Below, piece by piece: positions 36,470 through 64,000 of a stretch of 64,000 nucleotides of DNA. The DNA comes from Ranitomeya imitator (taxonomy: Eukaryota), in the NCBI RefSeq assembly GCF_032444005.1, contig NC_091286.1, positions 27,280,001 through 27,344,000 on the forward strand. Reading direction: 5' to 3'. The translations under genes and the position numbers were made by a program. The notes beneath the pieces were generated by a model. The model saw only the letters and a program-made list of their open reading frames with translations. It did not search any database and had not been told where the DNA came from. Each line of letters begins with the position of its first letter. Positions within the stretch are counted from its first letter, which is position 1.

Positions 36470-37780
36470 GGCCGGCGTCACACTCGGCGTAAGACAATAC
36501 GGTCCGTATATTACAGCCGTAATACGCTGAAAAGTCCCCAAAATAGTGGTCCGTAGTTCCTCCGTAGGCAGGGTGTGTCAGCGTATTTTGCGCATGGCAT
36601 CCTCCGTATGTAATCCGTATGGCATCCGTACTGCGTGTTTTTCTCACAGGCTTGCAAAACCGACATACGGCTATACAAGGGATCCATGTGTAAAAAAAAA
36701 AACATATATACTGTGTATGTGTATATATATATAATGTCAGTAGATACATATATGTATATATATTAATATTTCATCCAGCGCGAGATAGCTTTAAAGCCGG
36801 TAATTCAATTGCCAGCTTTTGCTATCTCCTTCCTAAACCCGACATTATATGAGACATGGTTTACATACAGTAAACCATCTCATATCACCATTTTTTTGCA
36901 TATTACACACTACTAATGTTAGTAGTGTGTATATGCAAAATTTGGCCGTTCTAGCTATTAAATTAAAGGGTTAAATTGCAGAAAAAATTGGCGTGGGCTC
37001 CCGCGCAATTTTCTCCGCCAGAGTAGTAAAGCCAGTGACTGAGGGCAGATATTAATAGCCTGGAGAGGGTCCACGGTTATTGGCCCCCCCCTGGCTAAAA
37101 ACACCTGCCCCCAGCCACCCCAGAAAAGGCACATCTGGAAGATGCGCCTATTCTGGCACTTGGCCACTCTCTTCCCATTCCCGTGTAGCGGTGGGATATG
37201 GGGTAATGAAGGGTTAATGTCACCTTGCTATTGTAAGGTGACATTAAGCCAGAATAATAATGGAGAGGCGTCAATTATGACACCTATCCATTATTAATCC
37301 AATAGTAGTAAAGGGTTAAAAAAACAAACACATTATTTAAAAGTATTTTAATGAAATAAAAACAAAGGTTGTTGTAATATTTTATTCTACGCTCAATCCA
37401 TCTGAAGACCCTCGATCTGTAACAAAGAAAAAATAATAAACCAACAATATACATACCTTCCGAAGATCTGTAACGTCCCACAATGTAAATCCATCTGAAG
37501 GAGTTAAAATATTTTACAGCCAGGAGCTCTGCTAATGCAGCGGTACTCGTGGCTGCAAAACCCCGGGGAATGAAGGTAAAGTAGGTCAATGACCTGTAGT
37601 TACCTTCATTTGCGGTGAGGCGCCCTCTGCTGGTTCTCCTCATATGAGCTCCAGCCTGGGAGCTTTCTAAGAAAGTTCCCACGCTCGAGGAACAACCAGC
37701 AGAGGACGCCTCACCGCGAATGAAGGTAAATATAGGTCATTGACTTTACCTTCATAACCCGACTTTACCTTCATTTCTTG
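36470..37780. mobile_element. Truncated non-autonomous DNA element (PIF-like left TIR, internal hairpins)
   Basis: TTA then GGCCGGCGTCACAC terminus; internal inverted repeat ACCTTCATTTGCGGTGAGGCGCCCTCTGCTGGTT / AACCAGCAGAGGACGCCTCACCGCGAATGAAGGT at about 37602-37728; right TIR not found. Confidence 0.55.
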
Positions 37781-39187
37781 CCCATTACGATACCTCTTTC
37801 ATGGTCCCACATAGAGTATGAAGCCTCCAAAATGCCTCCTGCACAAACACAAGCCCCCAACCACATTATGAGGCCCTCATATAAGGCCCCATAGCCCCCC
37901 AATACATTAAAAGGCCCCACCGTTGCCCTTATATTCAGAGGGCACCTACACCCCCACAACACAAGTTTTTGCAGTCACCTTTAAGAAGTGACTGATAAAA
38001 CTTTAAAAAAAAAAAAGTAGCCTCATTCCCCGGTCTTTGCAGCGGTCATTCCCCGGTCTGTGTTGAGTCTCCGTGCAGCCGGCGCGATCTGGGGATATCA
38101 CTGCGCCTGCTGCGCTGAGAATCCGGCTCCCTGTTCCACCATTGTATCCATGGTAACGGCATCTTGAGGATACAGATACCATTGCAGTTGGCGGTGCTAT
38201 TAGTGGTGCGCACCGTTGCCTCAGCCCCTGTGACATTGCGCCCTTAGAGACCATATTATGTTGTCACGTGGCCTTCCGTCGCTATGGTGGCTACATCACT
38301 GGGGTCTCGGTAACACGCAGGGATGACAGTGGGGGGACAGTAGTTTTTAAAAATAATTTATTGCAAGGTTTTTCCATTTTTTTTATCTTAAAAAAAATAA
38401 AATCTGTCACTGTTGCCCGTAGCAACCAATCAGTGAGTAGCTTTCATTTTGTGAGAAAACGTAAAAATGTAAATTCCCCTCCGCCAATTTTTCCCCATCC
38501 AACAATAAATTAAAAAAATAAAAGAAAATTTGCTATTGCCGTGTCCGTAAAACTCCGATCTATGAAAATATTATTTTTTTAACTCATAAGATAAACGTTA
38601 AAAAAAGAAAAATGTTACTGAGTCTTCTCATCCTCACCCCTACCCAAACTACAATAAAAAGTGATAAAAATATCATTTGTGACACAAAATGGGACCAATA
38701 ATAACTAAAGCTCGCTACGCTAAAATTATAAGAGACCCACAGAGGGTCAGCGGAGGAAAAATAGAAAAATTACAGTTTTAACATATTTTTTTTTCCATTA
38801 CAAAGTTGTGAGTGCGGCTGCATGAAAGTTCAAGGTAGTGTGAAATATTGGGAAATGAACTACAGAGGGCTAAGACCTTAAAAACCAATGAAATTGCAGC
38901 TTTCGTTTTCAAAAGGGACTTTGAAAAATAGAAGCTGAAATCTGATTGGTTGCGCAGAGTTGGCAGGCTGCGCGTCATTCATCTATGTGCGTTATCCCGA
39001 ATCAAAGATGGCGGCTGATACAGTGTTGCCCACAAGAAACATGGCGGCGCCGGAAGTGTGGTGCAGCTGTGGGCCGGCTGAGGGCTGCGCTGAGCATGTG
39101 AGCGGCGGAAGCGCCTTGTCTCTTTCTCATTCAGTCGGCAGCTGCGTGGCAGCTCCTGGGCTCAAGATCAGGAGTGGGGAAGAAAGC

Positions 39188-57644
<18,457 letters not shown>

Positions 57645-58899
57645 GTAAAGGGGGGGCTCCTTGCACTGTAGCCTGACCGATCAGAGCGCCCCCTACTGAC
57701 CTCTTGACTACCGCCCCAGTAGTCTGCAGTGCATCCTAATAACATGTCCTGCAGGCTTGTTAGCCCTAATCATTAATATTAGTACATACACCTATTAATG
57801 CCTCTATCGACTTGCCCCCAACCAAACGTTGACTTGTGGGAACGTATCTTGGCGTGAATTTTATCAGTAAATTCTGCATTTCATTTTTCTGCTTCCAAGC
57901 TGCGAGCTATCTGTAAGAAGGTATTACTGAACGCTTATATATAATTTTTTTTTCTTTTTTTTAATTTTATTTGGATTTTGGCATATAGCTTACAGCCGTG
58001 TAAGCGTACATTGCTTACTCCATCTTTTTTGCAAAAATAAAAATAAAAAGAATAACACAATCACATCGCTGTCATGCTGAAGCGTCTCGCAGCTCTGGCT
58101 TTAAAGTAAGTGTGGTCAACACGAGGTGCCTTCATTGCTATAGGGACCGAATCGCTGGAAGGAGACATTATGGGACTGTTAACATTACCCTGTTGGTTAC
58201 CATCGAATAGTACTTTTATAAACAAGCACTTCTGCAATTTACTGCTTGTTAAAATTTTAAGCAGTTCTTGAGATATTAGCTTTTTTGTTTTGCTTACATA
58301 TCGTTGTCTTGGAGACCGACCACTGCTGCTATACAATAGGACATGCTCAGTGCTTACAAGCTTTTTTTTTTTTTTTCCTTTGAACTTTTGTAAGCACTGT
58401 TTTGATGCCGGCCAGGATTGCTAAGAAGCACTGTTAACTCCCAGTCCTGGCTAGAATTCTTACAAGCTTAAACATCAGCGGTGGTCGGTCTCCTAGGCAA
58501 CAAGTAAACAATAGAAAAGTGTTACTAACTCAAGAACAGCTTAAAACTTTAGTGAGCAGTAAATTGCGAAAGTGCTTGTATTTACAAGCTCTATGTGACA
58601 ATATTCATCTACGGAGATGCGATAAATCCCAGCTTGTGGACTGCAGAAGGGAAAAACATACCTTGGCTATAAAACCAGGGATGTGCTGAGAGCTGCCCTG
58701 AATGAGGCTCTGCCGCCCCCCTACATCCCCCCCCCTATTATCACCCCACTACACCAATCCTAAGAGCGCCCCCTGAGGCCGGCAGCCGTCCATGCAGTGA
58801 ATGCACCTCGTCTACAGCGAACTCGCAGCGGTTTCTACGCCTCTCCCACAATATTAAAGCTACGAGAATTTGGTTGGTACGGTGCCGATCCCGTTATCC

Positions 58900-59140
58900 C
58901 TAATGTTGTAGCACATTCTCCAATGACCTCCGATATTGTGAGCCTTGCTTAGTCCAGGGGTTTGTGATTGTGTTCTGCTCGGGGGCTGGCTGGATCATTA
59001 TCAGCTCTTCCATCTTTACAGATTTCCGGTCCAGCCAGGCCCTGCACCACCTCCTCCTTGGTCTTGCAATTCTATTTTTAATTTCTGCTTGACTCCATAC
59101 TGAAATGATCTCAACTTGCCTTTGCCTGTTCAGCATGCGC
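58900..59140 (-). mobile_element. Possible decayed Harbinger transposase N-terminal remnant
   Basis: RPRRRWCRAWLDR resembles the RRR..W..PWL.RR opening of Harbinger-type transposases; no catalytic core is visible. Confidence 0.25.
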
Positions 59141-59439
59141 TCTCCTTCAAGTGGTCGTTCTTAATATTAATTTTTATGTATGCCATTAACTGGTCTTGAG
59201 TCTAGGCAGGGGGGTCAGCAGCAAACAAGAAAAAAAATCTATGTATATTTTATTTTTTTGGGGGGGTTATAGAGCTTGTAGTCCCCTACAAAACCATTGA
59301 TTTAAATGATAAAATTCCAGCAGACACCACTAGGGGGAGCTTCAGGCATATTGGGTTTTTAGATCTATAGCTTTACAAGGGATTTGGTGCTATACCGGAT
59401 GTCCCAAATTCACCTCCAGTCCTGCTAGATTCAGCAGCA

Positions 59440-60485
59440 GCAGTGAGGAGGAACATTGAGGAGGTGTCAGTGGTGGAGATTCAGAAAAAGAAATGAGGAG
59501 GGGCACTGAAGAGCTGTAAGACTACATGTGCATAAATTCATCAGCATCAGGGAGTAGGGACATTGAGGAGCTCTCAAGATAAGTGGTTGAGATTCTGCAG
59601 CAGGGAGGAGAGACAATGAGGAGCTGTAAATAAGACAAGATGGGTATAGATTCAGCAGCAGGTTGGAGGGACACTGAGGAGCTGTCAGAAAACATGGATG
59701 TAGATTCTGCAGCAGGGAGGAGGGGCACTGAGGGGCAGTCAGAAAGCATGGATGTAGATTCTGCAGCAGGGAGGAGGGACACTGAGGAGCAGTCAGAAAA
59801 CATGGATGTAGATTCTGCAGCAGGGAGAAGGGACACTGAGGAGCTGTCAGAAAGCATGGATGTAGATTCCGCAGCAGGGAGGATGGACACTGAGGAGCTG
59901 TCAGAAAACATGGATGTAGATTCCGCAGCAGGGAGGATGGACACTGAAGAGCTGTCAGAAAACATGGATGTAGATTCCGCAGCAGAGATGGACACTGAGG
60001 AGCTGTCAGAAAACATGGATGTAGATTCCGCAGCAGGGAGGATGGACACTGAGGAGCTGTCAGAAAACATGGATGTAAATTCTGCAGCAGGGAGGAAGGA
60101 CACTGAGGAGCTGTCAGAAAGCATGGATGTAGATTCCGCAGCAGGGAGGATGGACACTGAGGAGCTGTCAGAAAACATGGATGTAGATTCCGCAGCAGGG
60201 AGGATGGACACTGAAGAGCTGTCAGAAAACATGGATGTAGATTCCGCAGCAGAGATGGACACTGAGGAGCTGTCAGAAAACATGGATGTAGATTCCGCAG
60301 CAGGGAGGATGGACACTGAGGAGCAGTCAGAAAACATGGATGTAGATTCTGCAGCAGGGAGGATGGACACTGAGGAGCAGTCAGAAAACATGGATGTAGA
60401 TTCCGCAGCAGGGAGGATGGACACTGAGGAGCAGTCAGAAAACATGGATGTTGATTCCGGACTAGGGACACTGAAGAGCTGTCAG
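59440..60485. repeat. 54-bp minisatellite with a 267-bp higher-order duplication
   Basis: Unit GGACACTGAGGAGCTGTCAGAAAACATGGATGTAGATTCCGCAGCAGGGAGGAT; 51-bp variant recurs at 59984 and 60251. Confidence 0.96.
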
Positions 60486-61705
60486 TCTAGGTTGGTGGTG
60501 ATTTACTTTAAACTTCTAGCATTGATTATACAGAGATTTCTCCTTCGCCTCATTGGGGGACACAGGACCATGGGTTATGCTGCTGTCACTAGGAGGCTGA
60601 CACTAAGCTGAGACAAAAAAAGGTTAGCTCCTCCCCTGCAGTATACACCCTCGTACTGGCTTCCAGACACCCAGTTTAAGCTTAGTGTCCGTAGGAGGCA
60701 CACTGATTTTTAATTTCACGAATTTTTTCTTTTTTATCTTTTCCGGACGAAGGGGGCGACGGGTCCTTTCAGGGTCCGATCTCCCCCGAACCAACAACAG
60801 GCGAGCACGGGAGTTCTCCTCTCCGTATCCTCTCCTGCGACGTGGGAGCCACTGCCTGAGCTGACATTTTTTGGGCGACGGTTTCTCCCCTAAATGGGCC
60901 CCGATCTCCCCTTTTTTTATACAGACGAGCACTGGTGTTTTCCTCCAGTACCCTCCTCTGCAGCCAGGCCCTTTTTTATTGCCGGACATATGCCCTGTCC
61001 ACCAGGTTCTACCCTCGGCTGTACAGTGGCCCTATTCCCCGTGGCGTCCGTGCAGACCATACTGCATCACCAATGTTTCTGTGTGACTCAGGTGGTGGAC
61101 GGTTCCTCTCCACCCCTCTCTCTCAGGGGCTGGTGGATTGAGGCTTCCCAACCCCTGCACCGTCCCAGCTATTCTCCCAAGCGCTAGATTCCTCTCACCT
61201 CCACAGGGGTAAGTGTTCCGTGGGGGATGGGGGGGTCTCAGCGGTCCGGAGGGCTCCTCCTCAACCTGGCACATTGGCGGGCTGCAGCGCAGTATGGTGG
61301 GCCGAGTCGTCGGCCCTTTGCGGCCGCGCGCCAGGCCGGGGCCGCAAATTTAGTCCCCGGCTTCGGCCTGGCCGCTGGTCGCTGCCGATAGGCTCCGCCC
61401 ACTGCTGCGCGTCATCGGCGGCGCCGCCCCCGGTCCCTGGCGCTTCTCGCAGCCGCCGAGATCTCCCCCCTGATCTCGGCGGCCATCTTGGTCCTCACAG
61501 ACACGCCGCAGCTCAGCTCTGCCGCATCTCGGAAGCACAGCGCCCACGTGCAGCTAGTTCCCTGTCTCTGATTTCCCAGCCGGCTTCCCAGGACAGCGGG
61601 ACACAGGACCGGGGTAAGGAGACATCGTCAGCTTCTCCTCTGCAGCGCCGCCCTCTGCTTCCCAGGCCAATTTATAGCCCCTGTGGCTTTTTGTGCATTA
61701 GAGTC

Positions 61706-63184
61706 ATGTCGCAGACTAGATCTAAAAAATCCTCTAAGGTGCATACAACCTTTTTTTCTGCGTGTACCACCTGTCAGGCCCCTCTTCCTAGGCCTCAAAG
61801 TTCCCCCCTCTGTTCTGCCTGCGATGCCCCATGTGCCCAGGAGCCCTCCACCGCCACCGACTCTGGCGTACCTAGTCCCCCCCCGTGGGTCGCTTCTCTC
61901 TCTCAATCCGTGGATTTTTTAGCCAACGCCATCAAATCCATTCAAAATCCTCCTGGGGAACGAGGTAACCCGTTACAGGCGTTAAGAGATCCCTCCATAG
62001 CAGGGGAATCGTCGGTCAGCAGGGGCCGCTCTCCCCATAAAGAGGCTCGGTCTTCCAGAAAACGGATCCGCACTACCTCTCCTGAACGCTCTCCCCGCCG
62101 CTCAGAATCTGACAGCTCCCCCTCTCGCTCACCCTCTTTGGGGGCTCACAGCGCTCCCGACTCTGAACATGAGTCTGAGGTATCATTGGACCCGGAGGCT
62201 CCGGAGTTCAGAGCTACGGTCGACTCCCTCATTGTAGCAGTCAATCACGCTCTTAAGGTGGAGGATGACGCTAATTCCGCTCCGGAACACGCGGTCTCGT
62301 TTACCAGATCCAAACGTTCCCACAAATCCTTTGCCTCACATCCAGCCTTTCTGGATATAGTCAGGCGTCACAGGGAGCATCCAGATAAGCGGTTCACGGG
62401 TAAAAAGGATCTGCTATCAAAGTATCCCTTCTCAGCGGATCTCGTGAAAGACTGGACGGATCCTCCTTTAGTAGATCCGCCGGTCTCACGCCTAGCTTCC
62501 AAAACGCTTCTTTCAGTCCCGGAAGGCGCGTCAATTAAGAGCCCCACCGAACGCCAGATAGACTCGCTAGCTCGTTCGGTGTATGAAGCCTCTGGCTCTT
62601 CCCTGTCCCCCTCCTTCGCAGCGGCTTGGGTGTCCAAGGCTATGGTTTCCTGGGCGGATGCTCTAGCGAAATCCATTAACGAACAGGACCTCCCGTCCGA
62701 GATGGCGGACCTGGCTAAGCAGTTAGCCATGGCTAGTGATTATGTGATGTTCGCATCCCTCGACGCGGCGAACTGCGCAGCATCCGCGGCTTCCAACGCC
62801 ATCGCTATTAGAAGGGCTCTTTGGCTCAGAGATTGGCGTGCAGATTCCTCCTCTAAGAAATCTCTGATCTCCCTCCCTTTTCAAAGCGGGCGGCTTTTCG
62901 GCGAAAAGCTTGACCAGCTTATTTCCGACGCCACAGGGGGAAAGAGCAAGTTCCTTCCCCAACAGAGGCCCAAGGCAGCCTTCCAGCGCCAGCCTTACTT
63001 TCGCTTTCGGCCCTTTCGTACCAGCTCAGCCTGGTCCAATCCTACCGGTCTTCCCAGATCGGACCGATCCGCTCGCACCGACAGAGATGCTCGTCCCTCC
63101 TTCAGGCCTATTCCTTCCTGGCGCGGGAAACCTAGACAACCCAGATCCCGAGGGTCCAGACCTCCCAGATTCTCGTCTCAATGA
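61706..63184 (+). CDS. DIRS gag/ORF1 (492 aa; N-terminal C-x2-C...C-x2-C, C-terminal LAP2alpha-like region)
   Basis: MSQTRSKKSSKVHTTFFSACTTC...CSAC; DPPVSRLAS; IAIRRALWLRDW; no stops. Confidence 0.88.
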   Translation: MSQTRSKKSSKVHTTFFSACTTCQAPLPRPQSSPLCSACDAPCAQEPSTATDSGVPSPPPWVASLSQSVDFLANAIKSIQNPPGERGNPLQALRDPSIAGESSVSRGRSPHKEARSSRKRIRTTSPERSPRRSESDSSPSRSPSLGAHSAPDSEHESEVSLDPEAPEFRATVDSLIVAVNHALKVEDDANSAPEHAVSFTRSKRSHKSFASHPAFLDIVRRHREHPDKRFTGKKDLLSKYPFSADLVKDWTDPPLVDPPVSRLASKTLLSVPEGASIKSPTERQIDSLARSVYEASGSSLSPSFAAAWVSKAMVSWADALAKSINEQDLPSEMADLAKQLAMASDYVMFASLDAANCAASAASNAIAIRRALWLRDWRADSSSKKSLISLPFQSGRLFGEKLDQLISDATGGKSKFLPQQRPKAAFQRQPYFRFRPFRTSSAWSNPTGLPRSDRSARTDRDARPSFRPIPSWRGKPRQPRSRGSRPPRFSSQ

Positions 63185-64000
63185 CTCGGGAACGGCGCCA
63201 GTCGATACCATCAGAGTAGGCGGCCGTCTGCTCCTTTTTCAGCAAGCCTGGCTCTCCGTCGTGCACGACGAATGGGTCAGGGATCTGGTATCGTCAGGTT
63301 ACAAGATAGAGTTCTCCTCTCCTCCTCCAACTCGGTTCTTCCCCTCTCGTCTTCCCAGCTCGGCAGCTCAGTCTCGCGCCCTTCTTTGCGCCATTCACAG
63401 CCTCCGCCAGAGCGGGGTCATTGTCCCGGTCCCGGAACACGAGAGGTTCAAAGGTTTCTACTCAAACCTCTTCGTCGTGCCAAAGAAGGACGGAAAAGTG
63501 CGGCCCATTTTGGATCTGAAGCTCCTGAACAAGTGCGTAAGAGTCCGGCACTTCAGGATGGAATCGCTCAGATCGGTCATCTCTTCGATGGAGAGAGGGG
63601 AATTTCTAGCCTCGATAGACATCAAGGATGCCTATCTTCACATTCCGATTTTCCCGTCTCATCAGAGGTTCCTCCGCTTTGCCATTCGGGAGGACCACTT
63701 CCAGTTCACGGCTTTACCCTTCGGTCTCGCCACGGCGCCCAGGGTATTTACCAAGGTCATGGCGGCTGTCATGGCCATCCTTCATTCTCGAGGAGTCGTC
63801 GTGTTTCCTTACTTAGACGATCTCCTCATAAAGGGCCCGTCTTTTCAAGCCTGCGAGTCAAGCGTCCAAATTACCCTGGATTCTCTTTCGCGCCTAGGTT
63901 GGTTGATCAACTGGGACAAATCCGCTCCCGTTCCGGCCCGTCGGATCTCCTTTCTGGGAATGATCCTGGACACTTCGAGGGGACTGGTCTTGCTTCCTCG
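63087..64000 (+). CDS. DIRS reverse transcriptase ORF (overlaps the gag 3' end, continues past the window)
   Basis: Hand translation from ATG 63087 is open to 64000: VGGRLLLF, GYKIEF, FYSNLFVVPKKDG, RPILDLK, SIDIKDAYLHIP, LPFGLATAPRVFTK, PYLDDLL. Confidence 0.93.
   Translation, partial: MLVPPSGLFLPGAGNLDNPDPEGPDLPDSRLNDSGTAPVDTIRVGGRLLLFQQAWLSVVHDEWVRDLVSSGYKIEFSSPPPTRFFPSRLPSSAAQSRALLCAIHSLRQSGVIVPVPEHERFKGFYSNLFVVPKKDGKVRPILDLKLLNKCVRVRHFRMESLRSVISSMERGEFLASIDIKDAYLHIPIFPSHQRFLRFAIREDHFQFTALPFGLATAPRVFTKVMAAVMAILHSRGVVVFPYLDDLLIKGPSFQACESSVQITLDSLSRLGWLINWDKSAPVPARRISFLGMILDTSRGLVLLP

Larger units (their letters stand above)
60537..64000 (+). mobile_element. DIRS1-like tyrosine-recombinase retrotransposon, apparently intact 5' half, in EPRS1 intron 12 (sense orientation)
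   Basis: Left terminus TTTCTCCTTCGCCTCATTGGGGGACACAGGACCATGGG; uninterrupted gag and RT frames running to the window edge. Confidence 0.95.

Noticed and set aside
63181-63219. ATG overlapping the gag stop (ATGA) as the RT start
   Set aside because: It is in a different frame from RT and stops after 12 codons; the RT frame has its own ATG at 63087.

Overview
This is vertebrate genomic DNA, most likely from a frog. That is inferred from the repeat complement (DIRS, T2/Kolobok and PIF/Harbinger MITEs, CR1, L2, L1, Tc1) and cannot be proven here. It holds three multi-exon genes in the order IARS2 (minus; coding exons 1-11, runs off the left edge) <- -> BPNT1 (plus; complete, 8 coding exons, 310 aa) -> EPRS1 (plus; exons 1-12, runs off the right edge). 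This matches the human 1q41 arrangement as I recall it. I built all 31 coding exons by hand; all have GT-AG boundaries and consistent phases. Most long ORFs in the supplied track are artefacts of about a dozen minisatellites or are transposon fragments. The mobile elements include an apparently intact DIRS1-like retrotransposon in EPRS1 intron 12, a rearranged DIRS relic whose terminal repeat gave rise to a 39-bp minisatellite, Tc1, CR1, L1, L2, two solo LTRs and many MITEs. The most promising leads are: (1) a splice donor/acceptor pair bracketing the gag leader in two divergent DIRS elements, suggesting a spliced subgenomic gag mRNA; (2) the minisatellite born inside a DIRS ITR; (3) a candidate uORF-bearing 5'UTR cassette exon of BPNT1; (4) a satellite whose every unit looks like a micro-exon in EPRS1 intron 1. 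None of these is confirmed without RNA data, and I found nothing that is demonstrably a new biological system.
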